Assembly: GCA_043228905.1 (NCBI GenBank)
Contig: JBHGNT010000010.1
Location: 21,328,001 to 21,392,000, forward strand
Origin: Azolla caroliniana
Lineage: Eukaryota > Plantae > Polypodiophyta
DNA length: 64,000 nt
Direction of reading: 5' to 3'
The notes under the pieces are model-generated. The model was not told the DNA's origin. It did no database searches and saw nothing but the letters and a program-made list of their open reading frames with translations. This document shows positions 39,193 to 54,580 of the stretch, piece by piece (within the stretch, counting starts at the first letter, position 1; the number at the start of each line of letters is the position of its first letter). The position numbers and the translations under genes are program-made.

Positions 39193-41750
39193 ATGGCGTC
39201 CTCTTCATCTTCGCCTGCTTCTGCTGCTTCCCCCATTTCTGCCTCCATCGATTCCCACAATAACTCCTTGCTCGATTGGAGAAAGATGAACAAACAGGAG
39301 CTTCGTGATGCTCTTGCACGCAGAGGCCTCGACACCAACGGCCTCAGACCATCTCTCATTCAACGCCTGCAAACGTCCTCTAAAACCTCTGCAGAAGCAC
39401 CAAAGGAAACAGGAATAGGAACGCAACCGGGAACAGAAGCAAGAACAGGAAAGGATGCAGAAAAGCCCGAATCAGAAACTCATGCAACTATTATTTCATC
39501 TCAGAACGTATTCGTTTCTCAACCGGATGAACATAGGTCCAACTTTGATTCGTCAAAAAACAGTGAAAAACAAGATCTTTCTCCCAATGTCAGTTCGTTT
39601 CAGATTGCAACCATTTCCAAAGAAGCAATATCATCTGATCAAGAGAAGAATCTAATCCCAACATTCGATCAGAAGAAAGAAAGGACATCAACCATTTCTC
39701 GTTGTCAAGCAGAAATACAATCAACGCAGGAGAATCGGATCTCAAGCACTCAGAAGGAAGAAGCAAATGGGAACTTGCAAGATGTTGTCAATGTTACAGG
39801 AGATAAGCAGATAGTGTCAAAGACAACGTCCAGAATTGACCTTGATATTTCCTTAAAAGAATCATCTTCTGATTCCAATTTAGCAAAGAATGGTTTTGCC
39901 AAGAAGAATTTTGTGTTTAATGTCTCCAGCGGATCTCCCATAGCATCACTTTCTGATCTTGACAAGAAGCGGGTGCGAGCTGAACGTTTTGGCATGGGGC
40001 TTAAGATGTCGGAGAAAGAGAAACTTGCAATAAGAGCGGAGAGGTAATTCTTGTCTACATTTTGCATCTGTTGCTTATGATAATAGTTAAATATTTTATT
40101 TTTCACCTTTTTTGCTGCATGGAGAGGTGACTCGTTGCGCATTTGCATTTGCTTTCCTGTAAGGAGAAGCAAGTATATTGTTTTCTTTGCATCTGCGTTT
40201 GTGTAAGGAGAGTTAATATTTATCTTCAATGCTTTTGATTTTTTATAAGGAAAGGTGCATCTGGATTAATGTAGGAAAACCAATATATTTGCATTTGCTT
40301 TTCTGTAAGGAGAGGTCATTTCTGTCTTTTTTGCTCATTTTCTTAATGATATATCTGGTTTTTCGTTTTTGAAACTGGACAATTTTTATTCTCGACCTAA
40401 TCTGCATGCTGCCTTAAGACATCTAAGTTTGGTCATGATGAAATTCAGTGTCCAATATTTGGTTTTTGAAACTGGAATATTTTTATACTTGACCTAATCT
40501 GCCTGATGCCTTGAGGCACATAAGGTTGGTCATGGTTTTGGCTATGGTATGAAGTTTACCAGGAAGGAAGTATTTATCATTCATGAAAGGAAAAGGACCA
40601 AACAACTTGTATGAGGCGACTGCTCTTATAATCACTATTGGACTGGGCATATTACAAGACTTTTGGATGCATGAAATTTATAGTGCCAAAATTTGGTATG
40701 ATTTCTCAAATACATGAAAGGGTAGAGGTTAAAAAACCATGGTGTAAGTTTATTGGAGTGAAAAGAAGTGTTTTGTACAGATGCAAGATCAGGAATTTTA
40801 ACATATCAGACATACTCAAAATTCTTGCCAATGCTTCTTCCTTCCCAAAATAACACTCACATTCCTGATCTGGACAATTTTATGACCAGTGCTTCCCTGG
40901 TCACCAATTACCCTTAAAATACCTTGAATTGAATGACAAAAAATCATTACCAACTTTCTCCCTCAGACAAGTGATTGCAGCTTGTGCTATATATCACATT
41001 ACTTCTTGTATCTATTTATGTTCAGAATCAAAGTCCAGTTTTCTACTTCTTGTATCTATTTATGTTCAGAATCAAAGTCCAGTTTTCATCTGTATGTAAG
41101 AAAGTTTGAGAGCACAAATGTGAACAAGATTATGGTACATCAAGACTACGATAACTGAGTTTACACAACAGTTTGCAACTAAATGTTTGCCGATTCCTGC
41201 TTCTTGCATCTAGTTATAGTGCATAGTCTTTGTTTGCACTGTGACTATTTTTTGTTCATGCTTATGATAGAGTTGATAAACTTTCTTTCATGTAGATGTT
41301 TTCTATGTGCGTTTTTATTGCTGCTTATTTGTACATTTGTAGTCACTCATGTGCACCGATTACCATGGTTTCTAAGCCCAGACTATTCTGCTCTTTTTTA
41401 TGCGAAGATATATGTTATTTAAAAGAGAGACGAGTATATGGTATTTTAAATTTATGGCGTATGAATTTAGTAGTTCTTATTTATTTATTCTAAATCAAGC
41501 TTTCTGCATATACATATAAATTTACAGGTTTGCTGGTGCACAGGGTAAGGATACTTGTGTTCAGGGCCAAGAAGCAGAAAAAAGGAAGCAACGCGCTGCA
41601 AGGTAGGAGACTTGATCTCGTTCAAGTCTTTCCATTGAATAGTGACATGTATCTGATTGATGGTTATTTAGGTTTGGCATTCCTGAAGAACCAACCAAGA
41701 AGAAAGCTCACCTAGAAAGATTTGGAACTACTATCAAACAAATGCAATGA
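39193..41750 (+). CDS. MOS11: SAP-domain MOS11/Tho1/SARNP(CIP29)-like mRNA export factor, about 334 aa as read
   Basis: Exons 39193-40043, 41528-41602, 41672-41750. SAP motif WRKMNKQELRDALARRGLDTNGLRPSLIQRL, followed by repeated KKRVRAERFG / AIRAERFA / RKQRAARFG motifs. The 3' end is uncertain because of an apparent frameshift. Confidence 0.85.
41000..41087. repeat. 2 x 44-bp perfect tandem duplication
   Basis: TACTTCTTGTATCTATTTATGTTCAGAATCAAAGTCCAGTTTTC occurs twice in MOS11 intron 1. Confidence 0.9.
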
Positions 41751-42746
41751 GTCTGAAATTGCGAAGAAAAAAGGTAGAGCAGAAAGGTTCACATGCACTC
41801 CAAGATTTCTCATCTCAAGAGACTGTTTCAATACTGCCTACTAATTTTCTTTTCTTTTAATTGATGTTTCAGAAGGTTTGATGCTACCAAAAGTACACTT
41901 CAAAGGAAAAAGCAAGCTAGATCTTTATGTAGTCTTGAGTTATGCATACACGAGGTGATAGATAATGCATTCTCAAGCATATTGTGGTTTTTGCATTTAT
42001 CTGTTTGCTGTTCTATATGCATGATGAATGTGTTTTGAATTATTTGTGTACAGTATGCATGTTCTGCATGCATGGTCAAATCTATAACTTTCTTGTTGGA
42101 CAGGTAAGGAACCTCCGTTTTTTATTGTCTTGGCTGGTTTGCGTGAATTAAATAATCATATATTCCATGATGTACATTAGGTTTACTGCTCATAGTTGTA
42201 GTTCTCTTAAGCTCATTAGTTAGAAATGGATCAACTTGTCAAAACATTTGATGTTTGTTCTTGCATGATATGTGTGATCATTTGATTGCTGAATTATGAT
42301 ATTGTTTTTCATGTATCATTTAGCTGCATCTGTAGGGCATGATAGCATTACTTGTAAGGGGGGTTGCTGTTTGGTTTCGGGTAGGGTATAACTACTAGTC
42401 TGCATAACAAAAAGAGAGAAAGAGAGAGGGAGAGAGGATCACTTCAAAACATTGGAACTGAAGACAAAAGTTGTATATGATTGTTTTTAGTTGATTTTGT
42501 CATTTTTCAGTTAGGGTGTCATATGTGTGTTCAGTTTTCCACTCTGGTACTGTTTCAATTTGCAGTATAAAGGCAGCTTTCGTCAAATATGTTGTAGTTC
42601 ATTTTGAAACTGAACGACATAAAATACATGTTTGATTAGGTTTCCTACGGATACTGTGACTCATGAATGATTGTAGCTGTGTATTTGTGTTTTAAAAAGC
42701 GAAGTGTGAGGTGAAATGGATTGATATGAGTATTACAATATGGTTC

Positions 42747-43450
42747 TGATACGACTAGGACCGAAGATGAACAAAAAAGATAGACTGAAAAGAAACACAA
42801 AACAAAAACTTAAAATACATGGTGCACACGATTTACGTGGAAATCTTAAAACAAGGAAAACCACAGGGCAACTGATTTCAATATGAGACAAGATTACAGA
42901 AGTAGGTTATAAGGCTTTTAAGCTTCCAAGAAGAAAGACTCGGTTTACAGAAAGATCCGGTTTTGGCAAGTTCCACAAAATTGTGTTGTCACTCTCTCAC
43001 ACTCACACACACTCTTTCTTGTCTTTTTCTATATCTCTTGAATCACACAGTTAATATTACTGCTACAAACTAATATTGCCCTAGCTACATATATATGTGT
43101 GTGTGAATAAGATAATAATAATATTAATTAATTGGTTGACTTGTTGACTCGATTGTTTGATCCACAAGTTGATAGTCTAGTCAGTCTGACTAGTCAACTA
43201 CTATAGTTGACCATTCTATTGATTTGCCTAGTCGGCCTTGTCTTTTACCACCTGGTTGGTTCAACTAGTCTGCCTCAACTTTGACTAGTGTGTCGGCTTG
43301 ATTGGTTGACTTGACTATTCGCCCAAACCATCTGATCCTCAAGTCTTCACACTTGTTGATCCTCAATATAGTCAACTTGTTGGTCGAATTGGCTGACCGA
43401 CCAGAATTTGGTTGCCGACTTCTCCCATTATGAGGGACAAAGTCCTAACA
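42747..43450. mobile_element. solo LTR (704 bp) with 5-bp TSD GGTTC
   Basis: TG...CA termini with an 8/10 inverted repeat (TGATACGACT / AGTCCTAACA), flanked by GGTTC at 42742-42746 and 43451-43455. It contains a Copia-LTR-like TTTACGTGGAAA...AAAACCAC motif. Confidence 0.88.
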
Positions 43451-44235
43451 GGTTCTATATTTGAAAAACTAAGAATTGAAGACAATTATATCGTGAATGT
43501 ACTTCTAGATTTTTTGGTAAATATTACTATGACCTTCAAATTTCATCAGGCCCAGTGGTTTGGCTCCATTCTTTATAAGCCTTGAATTTGGAATTTCAAC
43601 TCCTTGTAGTAAGAGGCCCTAGCCTTGCGTTGGCCATTCATTAAGAGATGAGTTAACCTTCTCATCTTTTATATATAGACCTTTCATCAAGAGATGAGTT
43701 GGTCTTTTCATCTTTTATATATAGCAAGGTTGATCAATAAATCGAACAGTAATATTGAACTTGTGTAAGATCATGGTTTGAGGGAAAAATAAACAAAGAG
43801 TGAATAAAGAAGAGCATCAATGCAACATAACCATTATATTTCATTGTGTTGATTTCAGTAGTAGAAAGGCCAATTGTTTGAAGGCCTAACAAAACAAGTG
43901 ATCATGACTTCCGTTTGCTTTAGTTTAATCAATGATTAATTGGTGTCAAAGTTAAGTGATAAGAATCTCTCCTAACCAATATTTTGTCCAAGATATCCAT
44001 AGCAAGCAAGTTTTAATAATGCATCCAAATTCTTTGAAGAGTAGGTGATGTGTTCCTATATCTGTAGTTGTTCATAGATTGATGCAAGCTTTCATTTTTA
44101 AATTGTTGAAATTGTAGTAGATAGGCAAATTTGCAAAAACCACGTTAAGAAAGGTGTGCATGACATATAAATGTGGAACGATAAAAAAAACTATTTTAAG
44201 TGGAAAGAAACCTTCTTTGTGCTGATCTAGTTCTA

Positions 44236-44534
44236 GAAGTCCAAACCATAGTACATAAAATTCGTGTTCCTCTAGCATAACATTCGTTTTCCTACATTGG
44301 GAAACAAATGCAAATGTTATTCAAACATTCTTGTGTTTTTTCCTATTTTTTAAGGTTTTTTTTTGTTTTCTTCCTTTTTCTAGGTTTATTTACCTCATAA
44401 TAAATAGTTAATAAAAAAGTATGGTATTTATCATTCTTTGAGGGTGTTTACCATAGTCGAATGTTTGAAACATTCGGGAATGCGAATGCGAATGCACATA
44501 TGGTACGTATGGTTCATACTATGGTCCAAACCTT
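44236..44534. mobile_element. MITE-like element, copy 2 (inverted relative to copy 1)
   Basis: CCATAGTA (44246)...TACTATGG (44517). CTTTGAGGGTGTTTACCATA at 44436-44455 is the reverse complement of 31861-31880. Confidence 0.6.
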
Positions 44535-44931
44535 CATCTAGAATAAATAATAATTTCTGAATCTAAATTGTGAAGAGAGTGGAGTTATTAGGACAATATG
44601 TTAATGCTTATGGTATGGGGTCTGCTAAAGGGCACAACAAAAACTTACAATGAAAGAATACCAAAATTGTGGATCCTTGATTATGGTTGAGGCTCGAGAG
44701 TGGACAATTGCAAAGGCACTCTTAGGTGTTGGCAAGCAATAACCAAGGCTTTTCGATGAAGAGGTGAGGATTATGAAAAGATAAATGTGGTTGAATTGAT
44801 CATGGTAGGGAGGACGATGAAGGTTTTACATGTTTGGGTGGCCATGAGTTTATCCTATCGTAGATATATATGTGGTGTTGTGACCAAAGACCTTTTGCCA
44901 TATTTTGTGTCATTTGACCTTGAGTCAAGTA

Positions 44932-44999
44932 CGAATCATCAAGTCTTTGAATGCAACTTGCACTCGAGGCTTGTCCAAGGGCACACTTGCTTGAGCATC
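44932..44999 (+). pseudogene. 5.8S rRNA 3' fragment (decayed)
   Basis: GAATCATCAAGTCTTTGAATGCAACTTGCACTCGAGGC...AGGGCACACTTGCTTGAGCATC matches the conserved 5.8S 3' end GAACCATCGAGTCTTTGAACGCAAGTTGCGCCCGAGGC...GAGGGCACGTCTGCCTGGGCGTC, mostly with C>T/G>A changes. Confidence 0.85.
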
Positions 45000-45965
45000 C
45001 TCACGACCCCCATGCCACTCCCCCACCATTCTATGGGATGGAGTAGCGGAGATGGTTGTCCGTTGGAGCCCTTGTCGCACCCATTGTGAGTTTTTGGCAT
45101 TGGTAGTCAGCTGAAATGCATCGATTACTCCATGTGGCGATGCGTCACAAGGGTGGTTTGCTTCCGCGGCCTACAAGGGATTCGAGATTACAACTGTTGC
45201 GGCATGTTTTCCGATTAAGGATGCTCTTATTGAGTCAGACTAATAATTCTGGGCATTACGTCTTGTCGTGTTGTTACGCGTGTGCGTGTAGAAGGGGCGG
45301 GACCACGGGGGTCTCGGGCAAGGGAGAAAAGAGATGATGCCAAGAAAACCGACTCCGGACACGACCCGGAGGCAACCGAACACAAGAGAGAGAGGATATG
45401 TGCACGACGCGGACTCTTATGCATAGGAAACGAAAAGGGTTATACACCCGACACCACTAGAAACACCAATATGCACAAACAGATGTAAGTGTATATATTA
45501 CAAAGGGGAAAGATACAACGCTGACTTCGAGCCGGGTACGCTGAGAAGAAGAGAAGTTAGCCCTAACAGCTTTGCTGCCATGGCTGCGGCGCCCGACTTC
45601 TCAAGAAGGAGAAGAAGAAGAAGTTATTAACCCTAGGAAACAGAATGACCCTCAACAAAATTGGTATACCCTCACGACTCAAAATGGGCAACCCCATACA
45701 AGAGACCCCTTCCTTCCTTTTATAGCCCAAGGAGGGAAGGACGTTACAATGTGGGATAAATCCCATATTACATGGGATCCTCTGTCCCAACTTTATTGCC
45801 TATTCGGCACCACAAAGGCACCCCTAGCCCCTATGCTAATTCTGTACAAGGGTGGGTGCACATGGTGCACCTTGCCGATCCTTCCAATGTTCTCTAATTT
45901 CTCACTGTGGCCTGAAATCTTCACGACAATGTCGGTTTGCTTTGTGCAGTCAGAAACTATCGAAT
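45000..45965 (+). other. rDNA ITS2 remnant, interrupted by an LTR
   Basis: GC-richer spacer lying exactly between the 5.8S 3' and 25S 5' fragments. It is about 300 bp once the 665-bp insertion is removed. Confidence 0.7.
45264..45928. mobile_element. solo LTR inserted in the ITS2 remnant
   Basis: Perfect 7-bp terminal inverted repeat TGTCGTG...CACGACA and an internal minus-strand CTATAAAAGG. The TSD is imperfect (ACGTC-T vs ATGTC). Confidence 0.7.
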
Positions 45966-46450
45966 GAACCTTAGATTAGACGAGACTACTCGTTGAGTTG
46001 AAGCATATCACTAAGTGGAGGAAAAGAAACTAACAAGAATTTCCCTAGTAGCGGCACACGAACCAGAGAGAGCCCAACTTGAATATCATGAGGCCTCGTC
46101 ATGTGAATTGTAGTTGAGAGAGGCGTCCTTTGCAACGGATCGAGCCCAAGTCCCTTGGAAAGAGACGTCTAAGAGGGTGAGAGCCCTATTGAGCTCGGAT
46201 TCCGTCGCTCCACGAGGCGCCATCGATGAGTTGGGCTATTTGGGAGTGCAACCTTGAGTGGGTGGTAAATTTCATCCAAAGCTAAATACAGGCAAGAGAC
46301 CAATAGCGAATAAGTATGAGGGAAAGATGAAATGAACTTTGAAAAGAAAGTAAAAAGTGCTTGAAATTGCTGGGAGGGAAGTGAATGGAGGCCGCAGGTG
46401 TGCCCTGGTCGGATGTCGAACGACGTGAGTTGGTCAACGTGGGTTGCCAC
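45966..46450 (+). pseudogene. 25S/28S rRNA 5' (D1 region) fragment, decayed
   Basis: ACTACTCGTTGAGTTGAAGCATATCACTAAGTGGAGGAAAAGAAACTAACAAG..., GGTGGTAAATTTCATCCAAAGCTAAATAC and GAGGGAAAGATGAAA.GAACTTTGAAAAGA match conserved LSU 5' sequence with many transitions. Confidence 0.93.
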
Positions 46451-46503
46451 GAAGCTTCTACATGTTCTTGAGTCCGCTATAGATACCGAGTGCAATTTCA
46501 TTG

Positions 46504-46652
46504 TATCACGTTGTCTATTTTGATTCTTGATGTTGGAATCTACAAAGGCAAACACTTAACCTAAATATGAACATTATATCACGTTGTCTATTTTGTTTCT
46601 TGATGTTGGGATCTCCCAAGACAAACACTTCAGCTAAACATGAATATTATAT
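46504..46652. repeat. 2 x about 73-bp diverged tandem duplication
   Basis: TATCACGTTGTCTATTTTG.TTCTTGATGTTGG.ATCT...CAAACACTT occurs twice. Confidence 0.8.
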
Positions 46653-46881
46653 ACTACTCTCATATACGATACAATAGGGCGATTAATTAGTTCCCTTATA
46701 TTCTCAATTCCTTAATCATCATCATTTACTTATCTATATCTGAATACTTTAGGTGGGAAATAACATAATGTACTAAATAAAACTCACATCTTGAAGAGTT
46801 CAAGTTGGAGAACACAAGGTCATGTGTTCAAACCCTACGTTCCACAATGGCATCCAATAAATTAAGAGAATATGTTGGTAG

Positions 46882-50247
<3,366 letters not shown>

Positions 50248-50420
50248 AATGGTGATGGATTGGCATTCGTAGAAGAGTCCATTGAGAGGGTGTATCAAGA
50301 GGCTATGTGACTGACTTTCTTGTTTTTCTTTTTGTTGTGCTTAAATTGAGAGTACTGGATTCTGTGAAATTCCAATTTGTTAATCGATTTTTGAATTGAA
50401 TGCTGCTGTTGCATGTGTTG

Positions 50421-50596
50421 TGGGCTCATAACTATCGTTTACTGAAATGTGTTTTCCTGATGTATGACTTGTATCTATTTCAACATTGGGCTCATAACTA
50501 TCGTTTACTGAAATGTGTGTTCCTAATGCATGACTCGTATCTATTCCAAAATTGGGCTCATAATCGTTTACTGAAATGTGTTTTCTTGATGTATGC
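50421..50596. repeat. about 2.7 x 66-bp tandem repeat in the RPL3 3' region
   Basis: TGGGCTCATAA(CTA)TCGTTTACTGAAATGTG... at 50421, 50487 and 50553. Confidence 0.9.
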
Positions 50597-52772
50597 TTTC
50601 CTTGGGCTTGATCTGTTGGCAGTTTAACATGGTTAAGTTGTGGCTTCAGTAGCCAGCAATGTTGATAACTTATTATAGTGATGGTAAGATTAATTAATTG
50701 CTCCTCACTGATTGACTTGAGAATCCAGACTGTGTTGTAGATTAATTTAACAAGTTTTAATGCAGTTGGAAAATTGCTGTTTGTGTGGTTTTCATGCGTT
50801 CAGTTTATTGTTCACTTGGAATATCAATGTGGTATTGTTGGTTGTGTTTTTCTAAAAAAGGAGCTTATTTCCCATTAGTTAGGAGAGGTTTTTACAGAGA
50901 CTATACAAGGTAGCTTATAAATCAGGGAATCAATCTTCGGGCTAGTTCAACAATATGAGACTACGTACATATCCTCTCATACTTTCTACTTAATGTAAGT
51001 AGGTACCTAGAGCTTTAAACTAGTGACAATAATTGTTGCCTACCACAAGCTCGATCCTTTGGCCTTAAACAGAGGGAGGTTGGAAGGTGGGACGGTGGAA
51101 GGTGAGTAGTAAACAACCAACATTGGTTGCTATTGCTCTAGCTTGGGTATGTGCGCATTCTTGTCATCAAGCAAGTTTGGAGAATGGAACTCGTGAATTT
51201 ATCAAGAGTTGTGAATAATTTGATCAAATTCCCTTATTGCACAACTTATGGACGCTTAAAAATTTGACATCCTTTATAAGAAAAGCAACATGGAAATGCT
51301 ATTGCCAAGTTGAGTGAAAGCTATATTAGTCTTGGCTAGTTGAGTGAAGGCTAGTAATATTATTGGAAAAGTAGCCTTGGCTAGTAATATGTGCTGTTTT
51401 TGATCAATCACACATTCTTTTTGCCCCTTCGAAACATTTGCCAAGAGAACCTTATGTACATAAATCATGTTAAGTCAAAATTTGACCTAATTCTAGGTTG
51501 TGATGCACAATTGCTAGATGTGCATGTTTAGTTGCCCCAATTGTATAAGTTAATGAAGACAAACATACATGTTCCTCTTTGGAACCCTTTTGATGTAATA
51601 TATTGAAGTATTATAAAACATAAAAGTTTTTTGAGTGTCTAATGAGGAATGGAGACCTCTAGGTCTCTACTGTATTTTATTGTTGAGGATTTTCCTTGCT
51701 TCTTGACATTTCCACTTTGTATTATAGTGTATCATAGAAAGGCAAAGTGTGTGGGCTCTAATCCACTATCATGAAGTAAGGTTTGATGTTAATGTATATC
51801 GTGAGATTTCAAAATCTAAGTAGATTTCTTATAGAAAGGTACCTTGATGCATTTATTTATGTATTGAAGTGATTGAAAGGTTAAGGCCTATACTGTCAAA
51901 CCATTGAATCAATGAACAAGGACATTAAAAAAAAGAATGAGGTTTTAATGGTCAATATTCACAAGTCTTTTGGCATTAATAATTCAGTGCGTGTCATGAA
52001 TATATGGTCTCTTAAGATTACTCAATATGTAAATGTTTGAAGTGAAATGAATGATCAAATAAATTACTTGTTGGTAGGATGTCTTATTTACATACATAGT
52101 AGATTTGAGAAATGCTCAATATTGAGAATGTTATTGTTATATTTTGCATTTAACCCAACATGGCATAGGATGACAAATCTTCATGGATATATTCTTATAT
52201 TCATCTTACCAGCAATTCATTTCACTTTAGTTTTGTGCTTTAAATACTTTGGCACACAACATGAAGTTGTAAGACGTGGCGCTTAGTACATCATCAAAAT
52301 CATCTCGTAGGAATATAACCAACTCATGAAAACTAAACTCCTAGATTTTCGAAATAACCTATCAGATATCCTTCAACCAAATTCAAATTAATATTTTTAA
52401 AGTCCCTTTACCAAATATTAAGGAACAAAACTAAGCTCAACTTTTGCATGAATTTGATGGAATTTATGATGCACCTACCAAAGTTGATTTAGAAAATGTT
52501 ATAATCTAGAACTTTGCTTGTGTCGTACATGCTTGATTTGAACATGATGAACTACCAAACCAATGCTAGAAAACATTAGATTGACCTTCAAATCTTGCAT
52601 GACCTTAATTAAAAACCTGTAGCATTCTCCATGTCTTCATATGAGAGAGAGTCTATTATAATCCTTGGAGGTCAAATATGACCAATGGGATAAAAAATGA
52701 AACAATTTCATGTAGTATGTGTGGAATTTAGTGACTCTCAATGTTCCAAGAAATTTATCAATGAATGATGTG

Positions 52773-52810
<38 letters not shown>

Positions 52811-53384
52811 CTCTTACAACTCAGCTCATTGGGCTATTTTTAGTGTGGTAACCTTGATATATGATCCTCATTATTGTAGTAGGGACAACAAGGTATTTTT
52901 GTATCGTTGGCTTGTTTAGTATGTGCACTACTTTTGATAGAAAAATGAGAGAGATCACGATTATTGGGACACACCTATATATTTAATAATGCACAAAAAT
53001 CTGGTGCTCTCTCTCTCTAGGCAAGAGATTTACTCTGACTTGAGGTAAATATCTGCGTTTCTTTTTCCCCACAATGTTTTGTGAATGAAAGACCTCTTTG
53101 GGAGATGGGAATAATATCAGGGTCGTGGTAACATCGATCCAAGGCCTTCTTCATGGTTGTCCATTTTTCTAGGCCGACTGTTCAATCTTCCAATATGCCT
53201 AGGCGTAAACAATGCTCGTCCTCCACGATCGTGATTGGTGGAAGAAGCCACTTTGTCTTGGGGACATTTGGGTTTCAGGAGGTTTGTGAATGGAGGCATG
53301 CCCATGTTATTGTTATCGGTGGGCAGAAACAACACACACTTTTATCCACATGCATGTGGACACATGGTCTTTGGGCAAATGCAA

Positions 53385-53422
<38 letters not shown>

Positions 53423-53741
53423 ACATTCCTCTCACACAGCTTGCTTATGGTATGGTATGAGGTAGAGATTGTTAAGTATGTGTGTACATGTATGTATGTA
53501 TGCATGTATGTATGCATGTATGTGTACTCGTTCTCTCTCTCTCAATGGATATTGATCCAAGAGAATAAGATATTCATTCAGCCAGAGAATAGAATAGAAG
53601 AGGGAGATTCCCATCCATCCATCCATACATGTAGTATGTATGCATGCATGTATATATGTATGTATGTGTGTTAAAGATTGAACCGTTAGGCGAGATATCT
53701 ACTTCATGGCAATCCATTAATTAGTGCTTGTGGGCTATATC

Positions 53742-53745
<4 letters not shown>

Positions 53746-53787
<42 letters not shown>
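53746..53787. repeat. (GA)n microsatellite upstream of the kinase gene
   Basis: Run of about 21 GA units. Similar runs occur at about 52777-52808 and as (CT)n(CA)n at about 58504-58566. Confidence 0.9.
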
Positions 53788-53790
<3 letters not shown>

Positions 53791-54580
53791 GAATGAGAGA
53801 GAGAATACGATGCTTGGCAGCACAGTATATAGATTAAGAAGAAGAAGAAGAAGAAAAAGGAAAGTATCTCCGGTCTCCTTACCTGCCCTTCGACCTCACC
53901 ATCGAATCAATGGAATCTCCCTCCATCTCCCATCATCACTGTTACATCACTCCTTCTCAATCCGTCTGCATGCTCCAGGTATGCTTCTTGGGTGTCTTTC
54001 CCCACATTACAGCAGTTCTCTCTTTAACCTCGTCTATCAAGATCTCATAACACTGCATTAGTGGATATTGGGGCTCATATTTTATATGAATGTATGGCCA
54101 TTGAGTACATATTTTTTGCTTCAACACATATGCAGATTAGCTGATTATGTTGAGCACTCATATTCATGTGTTCTTCTTTATGCCTTTTCATCACATACTA
54201 TCTCGCTTACTTAATATTACATCATCAATGCTGATTGGCTGTATATGGTAATCTTGATAATCTCTGACCACAGATTCATGCTTATTCAGTGCGTATTAAG
54301 TACATATTCATGCCTATTCATTACTTATTGTCCACAGATCCATCATATACGCACACCGTTATGCACTAATTATGTGCTCATATTCAAGTTATTGGTATGT
54401 GCTTGGTTAAATGGCCTATTCATATTAAGTCATATATATTTGTGCCAAAAACCATGGCTTTTCACACAGATTGTGATTATATTATGCTCAATTACTTATA
54501 TTTATTCAGATTGCAATAGGATTTTGTTAGACTTGCTGAAGTCTACATGTAACTTGTAAGGTTAAGTGTGGTCTCCGACA

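Noticed and set aside
42742-42760. Reverse PBS-like GGTTCTGATAC
   Set aside because: Better explained as the TSD GGTTC plus the TG start of a solo LTR.
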